Part shown: positions 47,182-58,700 of the stretch, one piece after another
How positions within the stretch are numbered: the stretch's first letter is position 1
How the letters are laid out: every line of letters begins with the position of its first letter
Source: Azolla caroliniana
Taxonomy: Eukaryota; Plantae; Polypodiophyta
Assembly (NCBI GenBank): GCA_043228905.1
Contig: JBHGNT010000011.1
Location: 2,480,001 to 2,544,000, forward strand
Length of the DNA: 64,000 nucleotides
Direction: 5' to 3'
The notes under the pieces: model-generated
Databases searched by the model: none
The model's input: the letters and a program-made list of their open reading frames with translations, nothing else
What the model was told of the DNA's origin: nothing
Made by a program: the position numbers and the translations under genes

Positions 47182-49308
47182 ATGAGGGGGTCGGATCTCG
47201 CAGAGGCCATGGCTTCGGCCGTGGATCGGATTGTAAACGCGCGCGAGAGCACCGGTGCCCTCGACAGAGCTATTGAGGCGGTCGTCGGCACGATCGGCCG
47301 GTTCGATGGGAAGGATGCCACGAAGTATTTGGCGTACTACGGTGCAGAGATGCTGATGCGGGACATTCCGGAAGAAAGGCGTCTTGCCGGATTTCCCCGA
47401 GTAGCGATGCCGAGCATCCATGCGGAGGTGCTCGAGGTGCGGACGGAGAGCCGTACCTGGGAGGAGTTCGAGGGTCGGCTCCTAGAGAAATACGGGCTGG
47501 ACGACGCGCTCCGGCTTTCGAAGCGAAGGTTCATGGAATGGGTGGAGTCCCCGGGGAAGGGAAGAAACGCGTCGGCGCTCCTCCGGGAGTTCGAGGAAAA
47601 CTTTGCGCGCCTCTCGGCGCTCGACCGAACCATCCTGGACACGAGCCGGGTCTTGTTGTTTGTCAAGTCGGTCGACGAGCGGGATCGGGAGCAAGTGGGC
47701 TTCTTGCTGGAAACCGAAGACGGGCTCACTACCGACTGGGCGGCTGTCAGGAAGGTCTGTGGCCGTTTCGACAAACGGCGAGAATGGGCGGATAACGGGG
47801 CGACCGGGTCGGGCTCGGTCGCAGCAAGGAAGCTCGAACCAGCGCCACAGGTGCGCAAGGAAGAGACCCGGGAGAGGTTGGAAACCGGTTCGGCTTCGAC
47901 CGGCGTAGTCAGAGGCTCAACCGGAGGAGCGGCGCTGGAGGAATTGACGAAGGCGATAAAGGACCTCCAAATCGCGCAGGCCCGAAGGGAAGGAGGCGAA
48001 CCGGCTCGTGACCGACGGCCGGCGGCAGGAAACAGGTGCATGTGGTGCGATGAAGTCGGCCACATTCGGAAGGACTGCGGCGACTTCGCGGAGGCGCTGA
48101 GGAACAGGGTGGTGTACCTGTGGGAAGGACGGGTGCATGCCAGCGACACCCGAAGGGCCCTGAGCCGAAACGACGGAAAAGGCGGTATGAAAAGGGTGAT
48201 GGAAGAGGCGGCGGCCCGACACGCGGAAACCGTCCACTACTCGGCGTCGGCCGGCATTCGAGTCGGGGGCGGCGAGGCCCGGGGGGAAAGCAAAGCCGGA
48301 TTCTGGCCGACGATGCTGGAAGGCCTTGCCGGTGCAGGGCTTAAAAGGGAGGAATCGGACCGTGCGGAGAAACGGGTACGGGAGATGACCGGGTGGAGCG
48401 ACCCGGTCGAGGAAAAGACGGGCTTCGTGGAAGCCGCTTGCCGGAACTACGAGGCTCTGGTAGAAGAGAAGCGGGTGGGGAAAACCGGGACGACCGGGCC
48501 CACACAACGATACGAGACCCGGTCCGGGCCACGACGGGACGAAGCCGGCGGGGCCGGTACGCGAGATAAACCCCAGAAGGGCGGGTACCGTCTGGGGACG
48601 GAGATAGAAAGAACCACGGACTTACGAAAGGTCCTAGAGGAACGGATCCTCGACAGCAAGGTGGAGCTGTCGTTACGAGAGGTGCTGGGAATCGCCAAGA
48701 AGGAGTTCCACGACTCCATCGTGGACTTGGTGAAACGGAAGAGGCTGTCGACGGAGACAGAACCGGAAAGACCGGTGGAAGTGCGGACGACGCACCTAGA
48801 CGACATGGCGCTGGGAGACGAGTGGGCGGAAAGCCACTATTCGAGACCACACTGGGCCCGAGCGACCACGGAAACCCCGGTAAAGATCGGCGATGTCCAG
48901 GAACCGGTGATAGCTTTGGTGGACCACGGATCGGAGATCAATTTGATGTCCATGGACTTCTATAAGAAGGGTAAATGGCCGATCAACACCAAGCACGGGT
49001 GGAAAATAAGGGCAGCAACGCGCGCCACCGAGGAACTGCACGGGGCCTGTCCGAATGTGCGAGTCAAGATTGGCGACGTCGAGATTGACCAGCACTTCTT
49101 CGTGCAGGAGACGTCTTCGCATCCGGTCATTCTGGGAGAGCCGTACATCACGGCGGCGCGAATGGAGACCAAAGTGCTGGACAATGGTTCGGCCTACGCG
49201 AGGGTCAAAAGCCAAGACGGGCGCCATTCGGTCCAGTTTCTGACGGTAAGGCCGAACCACGAACGTAACCGCGATTCCCTCGGTTCCGAAAGCCGAGAGG
49301 ATTTTTAG
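47182..49308 (+). CDS. Gag-protease polyprotein of element F
   Basis: Intact ORF with CMWCDEVGHIRKDC zinc knuckle and the aspartic protease motifs LVDHGSEINLM and VILGEPY. Confidence 0.9.
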   Translation: MRGSDLAEAMASAVDRIVNARESTGALDRAIEAVVGTIGRFDGKDATKYLAYYGAEMLMRDIPEERRLAGFPRVAMPSIHAEVLEVRTESRTWEEFEGRLLEKYGLDDALRLSKRRFMEWVESPGKGRNASALLREFEENFARLSALDRTILDTSRVLLFVKSVDERDREQVGFLLETEDGLTTDWAAVRKVCGRFDKRREWADNGATGSGSVAARKLEPAPQVRKEETRERLETGSASTGVVRGSTGGAALEELTKAIKDLQIAQARREGGEPARDRRPAAGNRCMWCDEVGHIRKDCGDFAEALRNRVVYLWEGRVHASDTRRALSRNDGKGGMKRVMEEAAARHAETVHYSASAGIRVGGGEARGESKAGFWPTMLEGLAGAGLKREESDRAEKRVREMTGWSDPVEEKTGFVEAACRNYEALVEEKRVGKTGTTGPTQRYETRSGPRRDEAGGAGTRDKPQKGGYRLGTEIERTTDLRKVLEERILDSKVELSLREVLGIAKKEFHDSIVDLVKRKRLSTETEPERPVEVRTTHLDDMALGDEWAESHYSRPHWARATTETPVKIGDVQEPVIALVDHGSEINLMSMDFYKKGKWPINTKHGWKIRAATRATEELHGACPNVRVKIGDVEIDQHFFVQETSSHPVILGEPYITAARMETKVLDNGSAYARVKSQDGRHSVQFLTVRPNHERNRDSLGSESREDF

Positions 49309-49367
49309 AGAGGACTGCCAAGGCGTGGGGCCGCGACAGTCCGGACAACCCGGGAAAACCCCACACC
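49299..49367 (+). promoter_or_regulatory. Candidate -1 ribosomal frameshift signal (G_GAT_TTT plus H-type pseudoknot)
   Basis: Heptamer 49299-49305 abuts the ORF1 stop. 6-nt spacer, stem GGACTG/CAGTCC, and loop GTGGGG complementary to CCCCAC 49359-49364. The -1 frame is open into pol. Confidence 0.7.
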
Positions 49368-52300
49368 TGTACGGTAAAACCGAAGAAACCTTGTACCATA
49401 GGTAGGGAATTTTTGTTCTCCGACAGCGGAGCGTGTACGATAGTCGGCATCGGCGGCCGAGAGAAGAAAAAGGCGGAGGGGAGACTTCGAGCGTGCGGAG
49501 TTCTCGGCCCTGACGAGGAAATCAACGGAGCCGTGGAGGCGGTCTCATTCGACGACACCTTGGGAATGCTGGGAAAGGTAGTCGAAGAAGGCCTTAACGA
49601 AGACCGGACGATACCGGTGTGTTCCGAGGAGATGTACGAAGCCATCGCGGACTTCGGCCAAGGGCTCGAGTCAGTTCGGACGGCCCACGTAAGCACCAAG
49701 TACAAGACTGTGGACCGGAAGGTAAGGCCAGTCGCGGCACCCTTACCGGAGGACAGCGCGTCGAGAATCAAAGGGGTTGCATCGGACCCTACTCTACGAG
49801 ATCCGGCCTGCATAGGACACACCTTCACAGACGGGACGCTCCGAGAGCTCAAAATCGGTGGGGGCGGGTTCCTACTGCCGGCGGAGGAAGACCGGTTTCG
49901 GAGAATGCTCGGAAGGCACGGGAAAGCCTTCGCATTCTCGCCGGAGGAAATCGGGTGCGTTGACCCGACGATCGTGGAGCCGATGGTGATATTCACGGTA
50001 CCGCATGTACCATGGAATCTCAAGCCAATCCCGGTTCCGAGAGCTCACATCCCGAAGTTGATGGGGCTGCTGAGGCAGAAAGTTGATATGGGAATTCTCG
50101 AGCCGTCGAGCGCCCCATATTCGAATCGATGGTTTACCGTACCGAAGAAAAACGGTTCGTTGCGCTTCATCTAGGACCTGCAGCCGGTCAATCGAGTGAC
50201 CATTCGGAACGCAGGGATCGGACCGACCATAGACGAGTTCGCGGAGGCCTTCGCCGGAAGGTCGATTTACTCGGTCGGGGATCTATACTCAGGGTACGAC
50301 CAGTTCCAGCTAGCCGTGGAGAGCAGAGACATTACGACGATGCGAACTCCCCTCGGCCTAGTTCGGATGTGTACACTGCCGCAAGGAGGGACCAACTCGG
50401 TGGCCCACATGGTGAATGCGATGAACAAGGTTCTGAGGGACTGTATCCCGGAGATCACCATGCCGTTTCTGGACGACATCCCGATCAAGGGATGCCCGGT
50501 GGAAGAAAGGGACGAGACGATCGGGCGGGACGGATGCCGGCGATTCGTGGTAACGCACATCGACGACTGCGAGAAGGTGCTACAAAGGCTAGAGGATGCG
50601 AGGCTCACCTTATCAGGGGAGAAGTCAGCATTCGGGAAGTCGGAAATCATGGTGGTCGGACATTTATGTGGACCATATGGCCGGAAACCGTCTCCGGCAA
50701 AGATAGAAGCCATCTCCACGATGAAGCCCGACTGCAGCTCGGTCACGGAAGTACGGAGATTCCTGGGGGCATGCGCGTTCTACCACATATGGATCCCGCA
50801 TTACGCACACGTCGCGGAGCCACTGTACGGGTTGCTGAAAAAGGGGAGAAGGTTCGAATGGCTAGACGAGCACGCGGAATCGGTCCGGAAGCTGAAAGAG
50901 GCCCTTGCAGCGGCACCGGCACTCCGGAAGGCGGTATACGGGAAGGGTACCCCGGTATTCATAACGGTGGATACCAGTCCGACCGGGATCGGATGGGTCG
51001 TGAACCAGGAAGACGAGGACGGCAATCGGTTTCCGATCCGATTCGGCGCGAAAGTCCTCAGTGAACGGCAGCGAGGATACGCCCAGATTAAACGCGAACT
51101 CTGGGGTATTGTTTCGGCGGTTAAGGTCGACAAAGACTACCTGATAGGGACAGAAGTGATCATCGAGACGGATTGCCTGCCGATTCTCGGTATGGTTTCC
51201 GGATGCGCGACTCCGGACCTGGCGATGCTCAGGTGGATAGCGTACATCAAGTCCCTGGACCCGGAAATACGACACATTTCCGGGAAAGACAACGCCATGG
51301 CCGACATGCTTTCGAGGGCGAGGTTCGACGACGAGGGCGGCATGGTTTCGGAAGACGAAGAAGTCGGCGTGGATTTCTTCGAGGCGGCATACATAACGAC
51401 CGACGAGATGAGCACTCCGGCGCTTAACGAGTTCGACGCGAGCAAGTACGACGGGGAGTGGCTGCAGATCGGCGGGTTTTTGAAGACAATGACGCCCGAT
51501 GCGTCATGGACGAAGGACGAGGCCAACCGGATCCGGAAGAAAGCATATCGATTCTTTCTCCGAGATGGGCATTTGTGGAAGCACCCGAGGAAGAGGAACG
51601 GCGTCCCGCTCCGGGTGGTGGCGATGAAGGAAGAACAGGAGGAGCTACTGGCGGCCCACCACGACAGCCCTTGGGCCGGACACCGTGGAACGTGGGCGAC
51701 ATTTGAGAAGCTGAAGGGGAAGTACTGGTGGCCGGGATTGTACCGGGACGTGCATCGGTTCGTGTCAACTTGCGAGAGTTGTCAGATGCACTCGATAGTC
51801 CGACACCGGGACGGGCTTCACCCTACGTACCCTCCGGCCATCCATTTCAAATGGATGGTAGATCTGGTGACGATGCCAATGGGGGCAGGACAGATGCGGT
51901 ACCTGGTCCTAGCGCGGGAGGATCTGACGAACCAGGTGGAAGGCCGGGCCCTTCCGAACAAAACGACCGCGGCCGTGTGCCGGTTCCTAATCGAGGACGT
52001 GATATGCCGGTACGGGTGCGTCGGGAAGATCGTGGCTGACCGAGGGGAGTTGGACGCCGAAGAAGCCGCGGAGCTGTTCGACCGGCTGGGAGTCAAGCTC
52101 TCGCTCACCACTGCGTACAATCCGGAGGCGAATGGAAAGGTGGAGCGCGGACACGGACCGATCGTCAAGGCGTTGGTTCGGGCATGCGGAAGCCGAATCG
52201 GTGACTGGCCGCGGCTGCTACCTTATGCTTTGTGGGCAGACCGGACCACGCACAGTTCGGTAACCGGGTACATGCCGACAGAGCTCATGTTCGGCCAGAA

Positions 52301-52796
52301 GCCGATCATGCCGATTGAACGGACGATCTCCTCGTGGGCAACGGTCGACTGGAGGGACGAGATGAGCCGGGAGGAGTTGTTGGCCGCGCGTATACGACAG
52401 CTCGAGCGGAGACCGGAGGACGTGGCACTGGCTACGGAGAAGCTCCGGGTGGCGAGGACAAAGAACAAAGCCCGGTTCGACCGAACGCACCGGCTACGAC
52501 CGAAGAAAATCGACGAAGGTGACTGGGTGCTCGTCTACGACAGCAGCCTCGACAACCAGCACCGAGCAACGCGGAAGTTCGCACGGAGATGGTTCGGGCC
52601 GTACACGGTACAGAGCGCCAACGACAACGGGACGTATCATCTGGCGGAACTCGATGGTACGAAAGTAGCGATACCCGTGGCCGGGAAGAGGATCAAAGCT
52701 TTCAAGAAGCGGCACGACGACGAACCCGACCCGATTCTCCTGGACAGCAGCGACGACCGATCCGAGGCCGAGGAAGGGCCGGCAGGCGAAGAGTAA
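49302..52796 (+). CDS. Pol (RT-RNaseH-integrase) of element F, with one premature stop at 50172-50174
   Basis: -1 frame relative to ORF1. LPQGGTNS and FLDD (RT), TVDTS (RH), HH-CC zinc finger, YNPEANGKVE, WFGPY. No chromodomain. TAG at 50172 probably derives from CAG. Confidence 0.9.
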
Positions 52797-55700
52797 AGGC
52801 GGGCCGGTTTTCTCCGTGCCAACTTAATTTGGCGCATGCCGGAGGATGCGCGGTTAGGTGGGGGCGGATGTCGTGAAGAAAACCGCCCACAAGAGGAATC
52901 GGAGGAACAAGGCGTGGGAAACGGCTCTACACACACGCGCGCCAAGAAGTACCTAAGGACGAAGCAGGTGCATGCGAGGATCCTAGGTGGGTAGATTCGG
53001 TTGGTATGCAGTTAATGCCAAACGGCCTCTTGACGGGATATAAAAAGGAAGAGGAAGAATAGAACGGGGGATCTCGCGCGGAGAGGACGAAGTGCTGCCG
53101 AACCGATTTCGGAGCTCCTCTCTCACTCCTGCTTTCTCTGTCTTCTGCTCCCTCGCGTACCTGTGCAGGTTTCGAGGAGGCTTGCGCTGTTCCGTGGAAC
53201 GCCCCCGAGTGCGTCCTGCAGCACCTCCGACCTGTTTTCCCTTTCTGTGCGCCGCGTCATACAGGGGTCGGCATCTGTTCGCCGCCCTGTTCGTTTTCGT
53301 TAGTATCTATTCCGTGCCCCACCGTGGGTTGTAATACTTTAGTCTGTTATTTTCTTGCATTCATAAGTACATATCTTTCGTTGTTGCGTCCATCTGCGTC
53401 GGCGTTTATTTGTGATCTCTGTTTGTTGGGCCGTGTCCCTGTGCAATCTTCGGTTCTCTGTAATCGGGTCTCTCTCTCTTACCTCTCTCTCTCTTGCTCT
53501 TCGGTCCAAGACCCCCGTGGTCCCTCCTCCTTTCTGCGCGCAAGGGCGTAGCAACCCCGACAGCGTACGTGCATGTAGCTAAGGACCGGAGAGGAAAGCT
53601 AGATCCAAAGACCCGGGCATGCATATTCCTCGGTTACGGTGACGATGAGTTCGGCTACCGAGTGTGGGACCCGGTTGACAAGAAGGTATTCCGGAGTCGA
53701 GATATTATCTTCATGGAGGACAAGACGCTCGCCGACTGGGAGTCAGAGAAGAAGATAATGAACTCCGAGTCGACTGGTAAGGATCGACTCTACGATGAGC
53801 AGACCCAACAGGCAAGAGACCGGTTAGCACTCGAGGAACCAGCCGGTTACGGTGAGGATACCGAACCGGCAGAAGAAGAAGTAGAGGAAGCTGAGACCGG
53901 AACCGGCCAAGACCCCGAATCGGATTCGGATGAAGAGCAAATGGAGGAGCCGGTTACCGAAGCCCGAAGACGTAGATATCCTCTCAGAGAGAGAAGGGCG
54001 CCCCAGAGATTTCTGGATGCAAAGCATGTTCTGCTGACTGATGAGGGGGAGCCGGAAAGCTTCGAAGAAGCGAAGGAAGACACCCAGAGCCGAAAATGGT
54101 TAAGTGCCATGCAGGATGAGATGGATTCCCTGCATGAGAACCATACGTACGAATTGGTGGAGTTGCCGAAAGGAAAGCGGGCACTCCGAAACAAGTGGGT
54201 GTACAAGTTGAAACCGGGAGATGCCGGCAACCCCCCGAGATACAAAGCCAGGATCGTGGTGAAGGGGTTCCAGCAAAAGAAGGGTGTGGACTTCGACGAG
54301 ATATTTGCCCTGGTAGTAAAGATGACGTCCATCCGGACTATGCTGAGTATAGCAGCAAGCATGGACCTCGAGGTAGAGCAGTTGGACGTGAAGACGACAT
54401 TCCTTCACGGCGACCTCAAAGAGGAGATCTACATGCAGCAACCGGAAGGATTTGTGGAGAAAGGAAAAGAGCACCTGGTATGCCGGTTGAAGAAGACCCT
54501 ATACGGACTGAAGCAGGCTCCCCGGCAATGGTATCGGAAGTTCGACTCCTTCATGACCGATCAAGGGTACCACAAGACGCAGGCCGATCACTGCGTGTTT
54601 GTGAAGAAGTTCGAAGGAGGTGACTTCTTAATACTCCTCCTATACGTGGATGACATGTTGATCGTCGGACGTGACCAAGTCAAAATACGGATGCTGAAGA
54701 AGGCTCTAAACCGGACCTTCTCAATGAAAGACTTGGGTCCGGCAAGACAGATGTTGGGGATGCACATCATCCGTAATAGGAAAGCGAAGCAATTATGCCT
54801 GTCACAGGAGAAGTACGGGACAAAGGTGCTTCACCGGTTCAACATGTCAGAAGCGAAACCGGTCGGATCGACACTTCCGGCAAACTGCAAGCTATCCGGT
54901 AAGCAAAGCCCGAGGACGAAAGCAGAGAAGGCGGATATGATGAAGATCCCATATGCCTCTGCCGTCGGGAGCTTGATGTACGCAATGGTTTGTACTCGAC
55001 TGGACATTGGATACGCAGTCGGAGTGGTGAGCCGGTTTATGAGCAATCCCGGCAAGGAGCACTAGAACGCGGTCAAGTGGATACTTCGGTATTTGAAGGG
55101 CACTTCAAATATGTGTCTCCGATTCGGCTCCGGAAAACCTCAACTGGACGGGCACCGATTCAGACATGTTGGCTGATGTGGATACCAGCCGGTCTACATC
55201 CGGGTATGTGATGACATATGCAAGGGGAGCTATTTCGTGGCAGTCGAGGCTGTAGAAGACGGTTGCATTGTCAACCACAGAGGCGGAGTACATGGCGGCT
55301 GTGGAAGCCGGCAAGGAAATATTATGGATGAAGGACTTCATCGGAGAGCTTGGTATACGGCAAGAGGAATACCGACTCTATTGCGACAGTCAAAGTGCCA
55401 TCCACCTTGCTAAAAATGCGGCCTACCATTCCCGGACGAAGCATATCCAGCGGAGGTATCACTGGATCCAGGAAAGAGTAGATGACCAGGAGTTCGCACT
55501 GACGAAGATCCACACGGCCGAGAACGGGTCAGATATGCTGACCAAAGTGCTGACACCCGACAAGCTGGATGCATGCCGGAAGAGAATCGGACTGGTAAGA
55601 CACCCCATGCCGCAGTGAAGGGGGAGTTTGTTGGGAGACAGGTTCCTCCGGATGGGAAGGGAGAAGAACAGTGGCGACGAACAAACTCGGCCGAGGCCGA

Positions 55701-58700
55701 TAGGCCAATGCCGAATCCGTATGAGGTGTACCCGGCTATGGAGAGTCGGATGGTGCTGGCCCGGTGTGAACCGGATGAGGAGTACCCGGCTACGGAGAGC
55801 CGGGTGGTGCAGGCCCGGTGTGAACCGGATGAGGAGTACCCGGCTACGGAGAGCCGGATGGTGCAGGCCCGGTGTGAACCGGATGAGGAGTGCCCGGCTA
55901 CGGAGAGCCGGATGGTGCAGGCCTAGTATGAACCGGAGGAAGAGACATATTCGTAAATATGTTTTTGAGAGCCCATCGAGGCTATATTTGTAACTAGCCG
56001 AAAAGTCATATTAGTATAAATATGACTTAGGGCAAACTTTTAAATGTTGTTGTCATTCTTCCTTGTTGGTGCAAGAAGAAGAGAGAGCGCGTAACTGTAC
56101 AGAGAGAGAACGAGGTCGTTGCCTCTGTTGTAACCGCAGCCTGTGGCGAAGATCGTGAGTCCGAGGTCGTTGCCTCCGTGCACTCACTGTTTTGTACATT
56201 CATACATAGTGATTGTTTGCAGCCGTGGTTTTTCCCCTAGTTTGGGGTTTTTCCACGTTAACCTCCTGTGTACCATTTCTCTTCTTTGTGTCGTGTTCTA
56301 TTTCCCGTTTTCTGTGTATGAAAAGAACCTCGGTTGTGGCCGAGTCTTGCGCATAAGGAACGACAAGTTCCCGTCACTGGAGTAGCCGCAACAGGAGACG
56401 ACACTCCGCATCCGATCGCGAATGTCGCAGAAATGGAAACTCATGAACGTGTTGCACGTTCCGACGATCACGAAAAACTTGGTCCCGGTCGGACAGATCG
56501 TCGACCAAGGGATGGAGTTTCGGTTTACACACCTCGGGTGCTTCATTGAGGAAGAAGGCCGTTTGATTGCGTAAGGGCGCAGAGACGGGAGGATGTTCAT
56601 CCTCGACTCCACTGACGGCGGCACCGCAATGTTCGCGAAGGGACAAAAAACCGAGTCGGACATCGACTTGTGGCACAAGCGGATAGGCCACGTCAACCAC
56701 CAACGGCTTCAAGATCTGCAATCGAAACGAGTAGTGTTCGGATTGCCCAAATTTAGTGGCCGAAAGGCACAAAATTGTGAAGCTTGCCAGCTCGGAAAGC
56801 AACACCGACTTCCCTTCCCAAAGGAGCGAAACCGGAGCCAGAACAAGCTCGACCTTATACACTCCGATGTATGGGGGCCGACACAAAACGTTAGTCTTGG
56901 CGGGAGCCGATATTTCGTCTCCTTCATCTACGACCACACACGGCACACGTGGATCTACCTTATTGAGAGGAAGAGCGAAGTCTTCGACTGTTTCCAGGAC
57001 CTCAAAGGGTTCGTGGAAACGGAAACGGGACGAAAGATCAAGTGCCTGCGGTCGCATGGCGGGAAAGAGTACTTTTCCGGTCAATTCAACGGTTACCTAC
57101 AACAAATGGGAATTCGCCGCGAATTCAGTTGTAGATACACGCCAGAGCAGAATGGCGTGGCCGAGAGGAAGAATCGGTCAGTTGTGGAAGCAGCACGGGC
57201 AATGTTGGAGGAGAAGAGCTTGCCCAAGTTCTACTGGGCCGAGGCGGTAAGGACCGCGGTATACATCCAGAACCGGATCGGAGACAAGGTGTCGACGCAC
57301 GAGCTATACTTCGGAACGAAGCCGAACTTACGACACTTGAGGGTGTTCGGTAGCATTGCGTATGTGCATATACCGAAGGAGAAAAGGAGGAAGCTGGACG
57401 CAAAGGCCGAGAAATGCATCTTGGTCGGTTACTCAGACGAGGAGAAGGGTTATAAGTGCTATAACCCTCGCACCAAACAAGCGTGTGTCAGCCGCGACGT
57501 TGTGTTAGACGAGTCCGCGTCTTGGTACCTGCCCCCGACTACGAACCCCAACTCCAATCCGAGCTCTGACGATGAGGTCAGCGAGGCCAAGATGCCTCCG
57601 GATGATCCCGAAATCGAGACCCGTGAAGACAGTCCGATTTCACTCCGTTTAAGTGGACCGATTGGACGACTGAGTCGGCATGACCAATACGATGAAGAGC
57701 CGGCGAGTAGTGGAGATTCGGCCGTGCATTCCCCGCGCAGGAAGCCGAGGAGACGGCTTACACACAAAGAGAAAGGGAAGAAGAAGGTGTTGGATTCCGG
57801 CACGGATTGGAACGAGTCAGACCGATGCGAGTCCAACTCCGGGGGGACCGGTGACGGGTCTTTAAGGGTGAAGACCGCGTCGACCGAGAAGGCCTCGACA
57901 TCGGCTAATGTGAGATTACACCGATCTACCCGCCAGAAGAATCCTGTTTTGCGGTTCGAATACAACGAGTACATGGCGCACCATTATGCGTACATGACCC
58001 GTGTAGTGGAAGTGCGTGAGCCGGAGAGCTACGCAGAAGCGGCTAAAGACGCGAATTGGCGTGCCGCGATGGAGGAAGAGATGCACGCATTAGCCGAGAA
58101 CGAGACCTGGGACCTGGTTGACGCACCAAGAGGGGTAAACCCTAAACCGATCGGGTGTAGGTGGGTGTACAAAGTCAAGTACAACACCGATGGCTCGGTC
58201 AACCGGTACAAGGCTCGGCTAGTGGCAAAGGTCTACGCACAGAAACACGGCATCGACTACGATGAGACATTTGCGCCGGTCGCGAAAATGACGACCGTCC
58301 GTGTTTTGCTCGCAGTAGCCGCGGCCAAGGGGTGGCACCTACATCAAATGGATGTAAAGAATGCGTTCCTGTAAGGTGACCTTGAGGAACAAGTGTACAT
58401 GGTACAACCCCCCGGATTTCCATCCGGAACGAACTCCTCGGCAGTATGCCGACTGAAGAAGTCCCTTTACGGACTAAAGCAAGCCCTGCGTGCCTGGAAC
58501 GCGAAGATCACGCAACATCTGCGTCGGATGGGCTTCGTCACATCAAAATCGGACTCTTCCCTGTCCATCCGGAAAGGTCGACTCGGACCGGTTAGTATTC
58601 TACTATATGTCGATGACTTGGTCATCACTGGCGCCGACCTAGGCGAAATCGACCGCGTGAAGCTCCAGCTTGCGGCATCGTTCGACATGAAGGATCTGGG

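Larger units (their letters stand above)
46446..53562 (+). mobile_element. Young full-length non-chromovirus Ty3/Gypsy element F
   Basis: LTRs 46446-47138 and 52869-53562 (one 1-bp indel noticed). tRNA-Trp PBS TGGTGAACCCGACGTGAA 47142-47159. PPT just before 52869. 4-bp TSD GCGT restores host LAYVH. Confidence 0.95.
44252..56376 (+). mobile_element. Ty1/Copia family B element B2 (protease region deleted)
   Basis: LTRs 44252-44968 and 55629-56376, PBS 44971-44982, PPT just before 55629, TSD CTGGA (44247-51 / 56377-81). gag, IN, RT and RH carry scattered stops. Confidence 0.93.

Noticed and set aside
50172-50174. Programmed stop-codon readthrough in F pol
   Set aside because: The stop falls inside the conserved RT core where Gln is expected; a C>T mutation is the simpler explanation.
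55573-55993. ORFs with 18-aa repeats in the B2 LTR
   Set aside because: A consequence of the 54-bp GC-rich repeat, which is open in several frames; no coding evidence.
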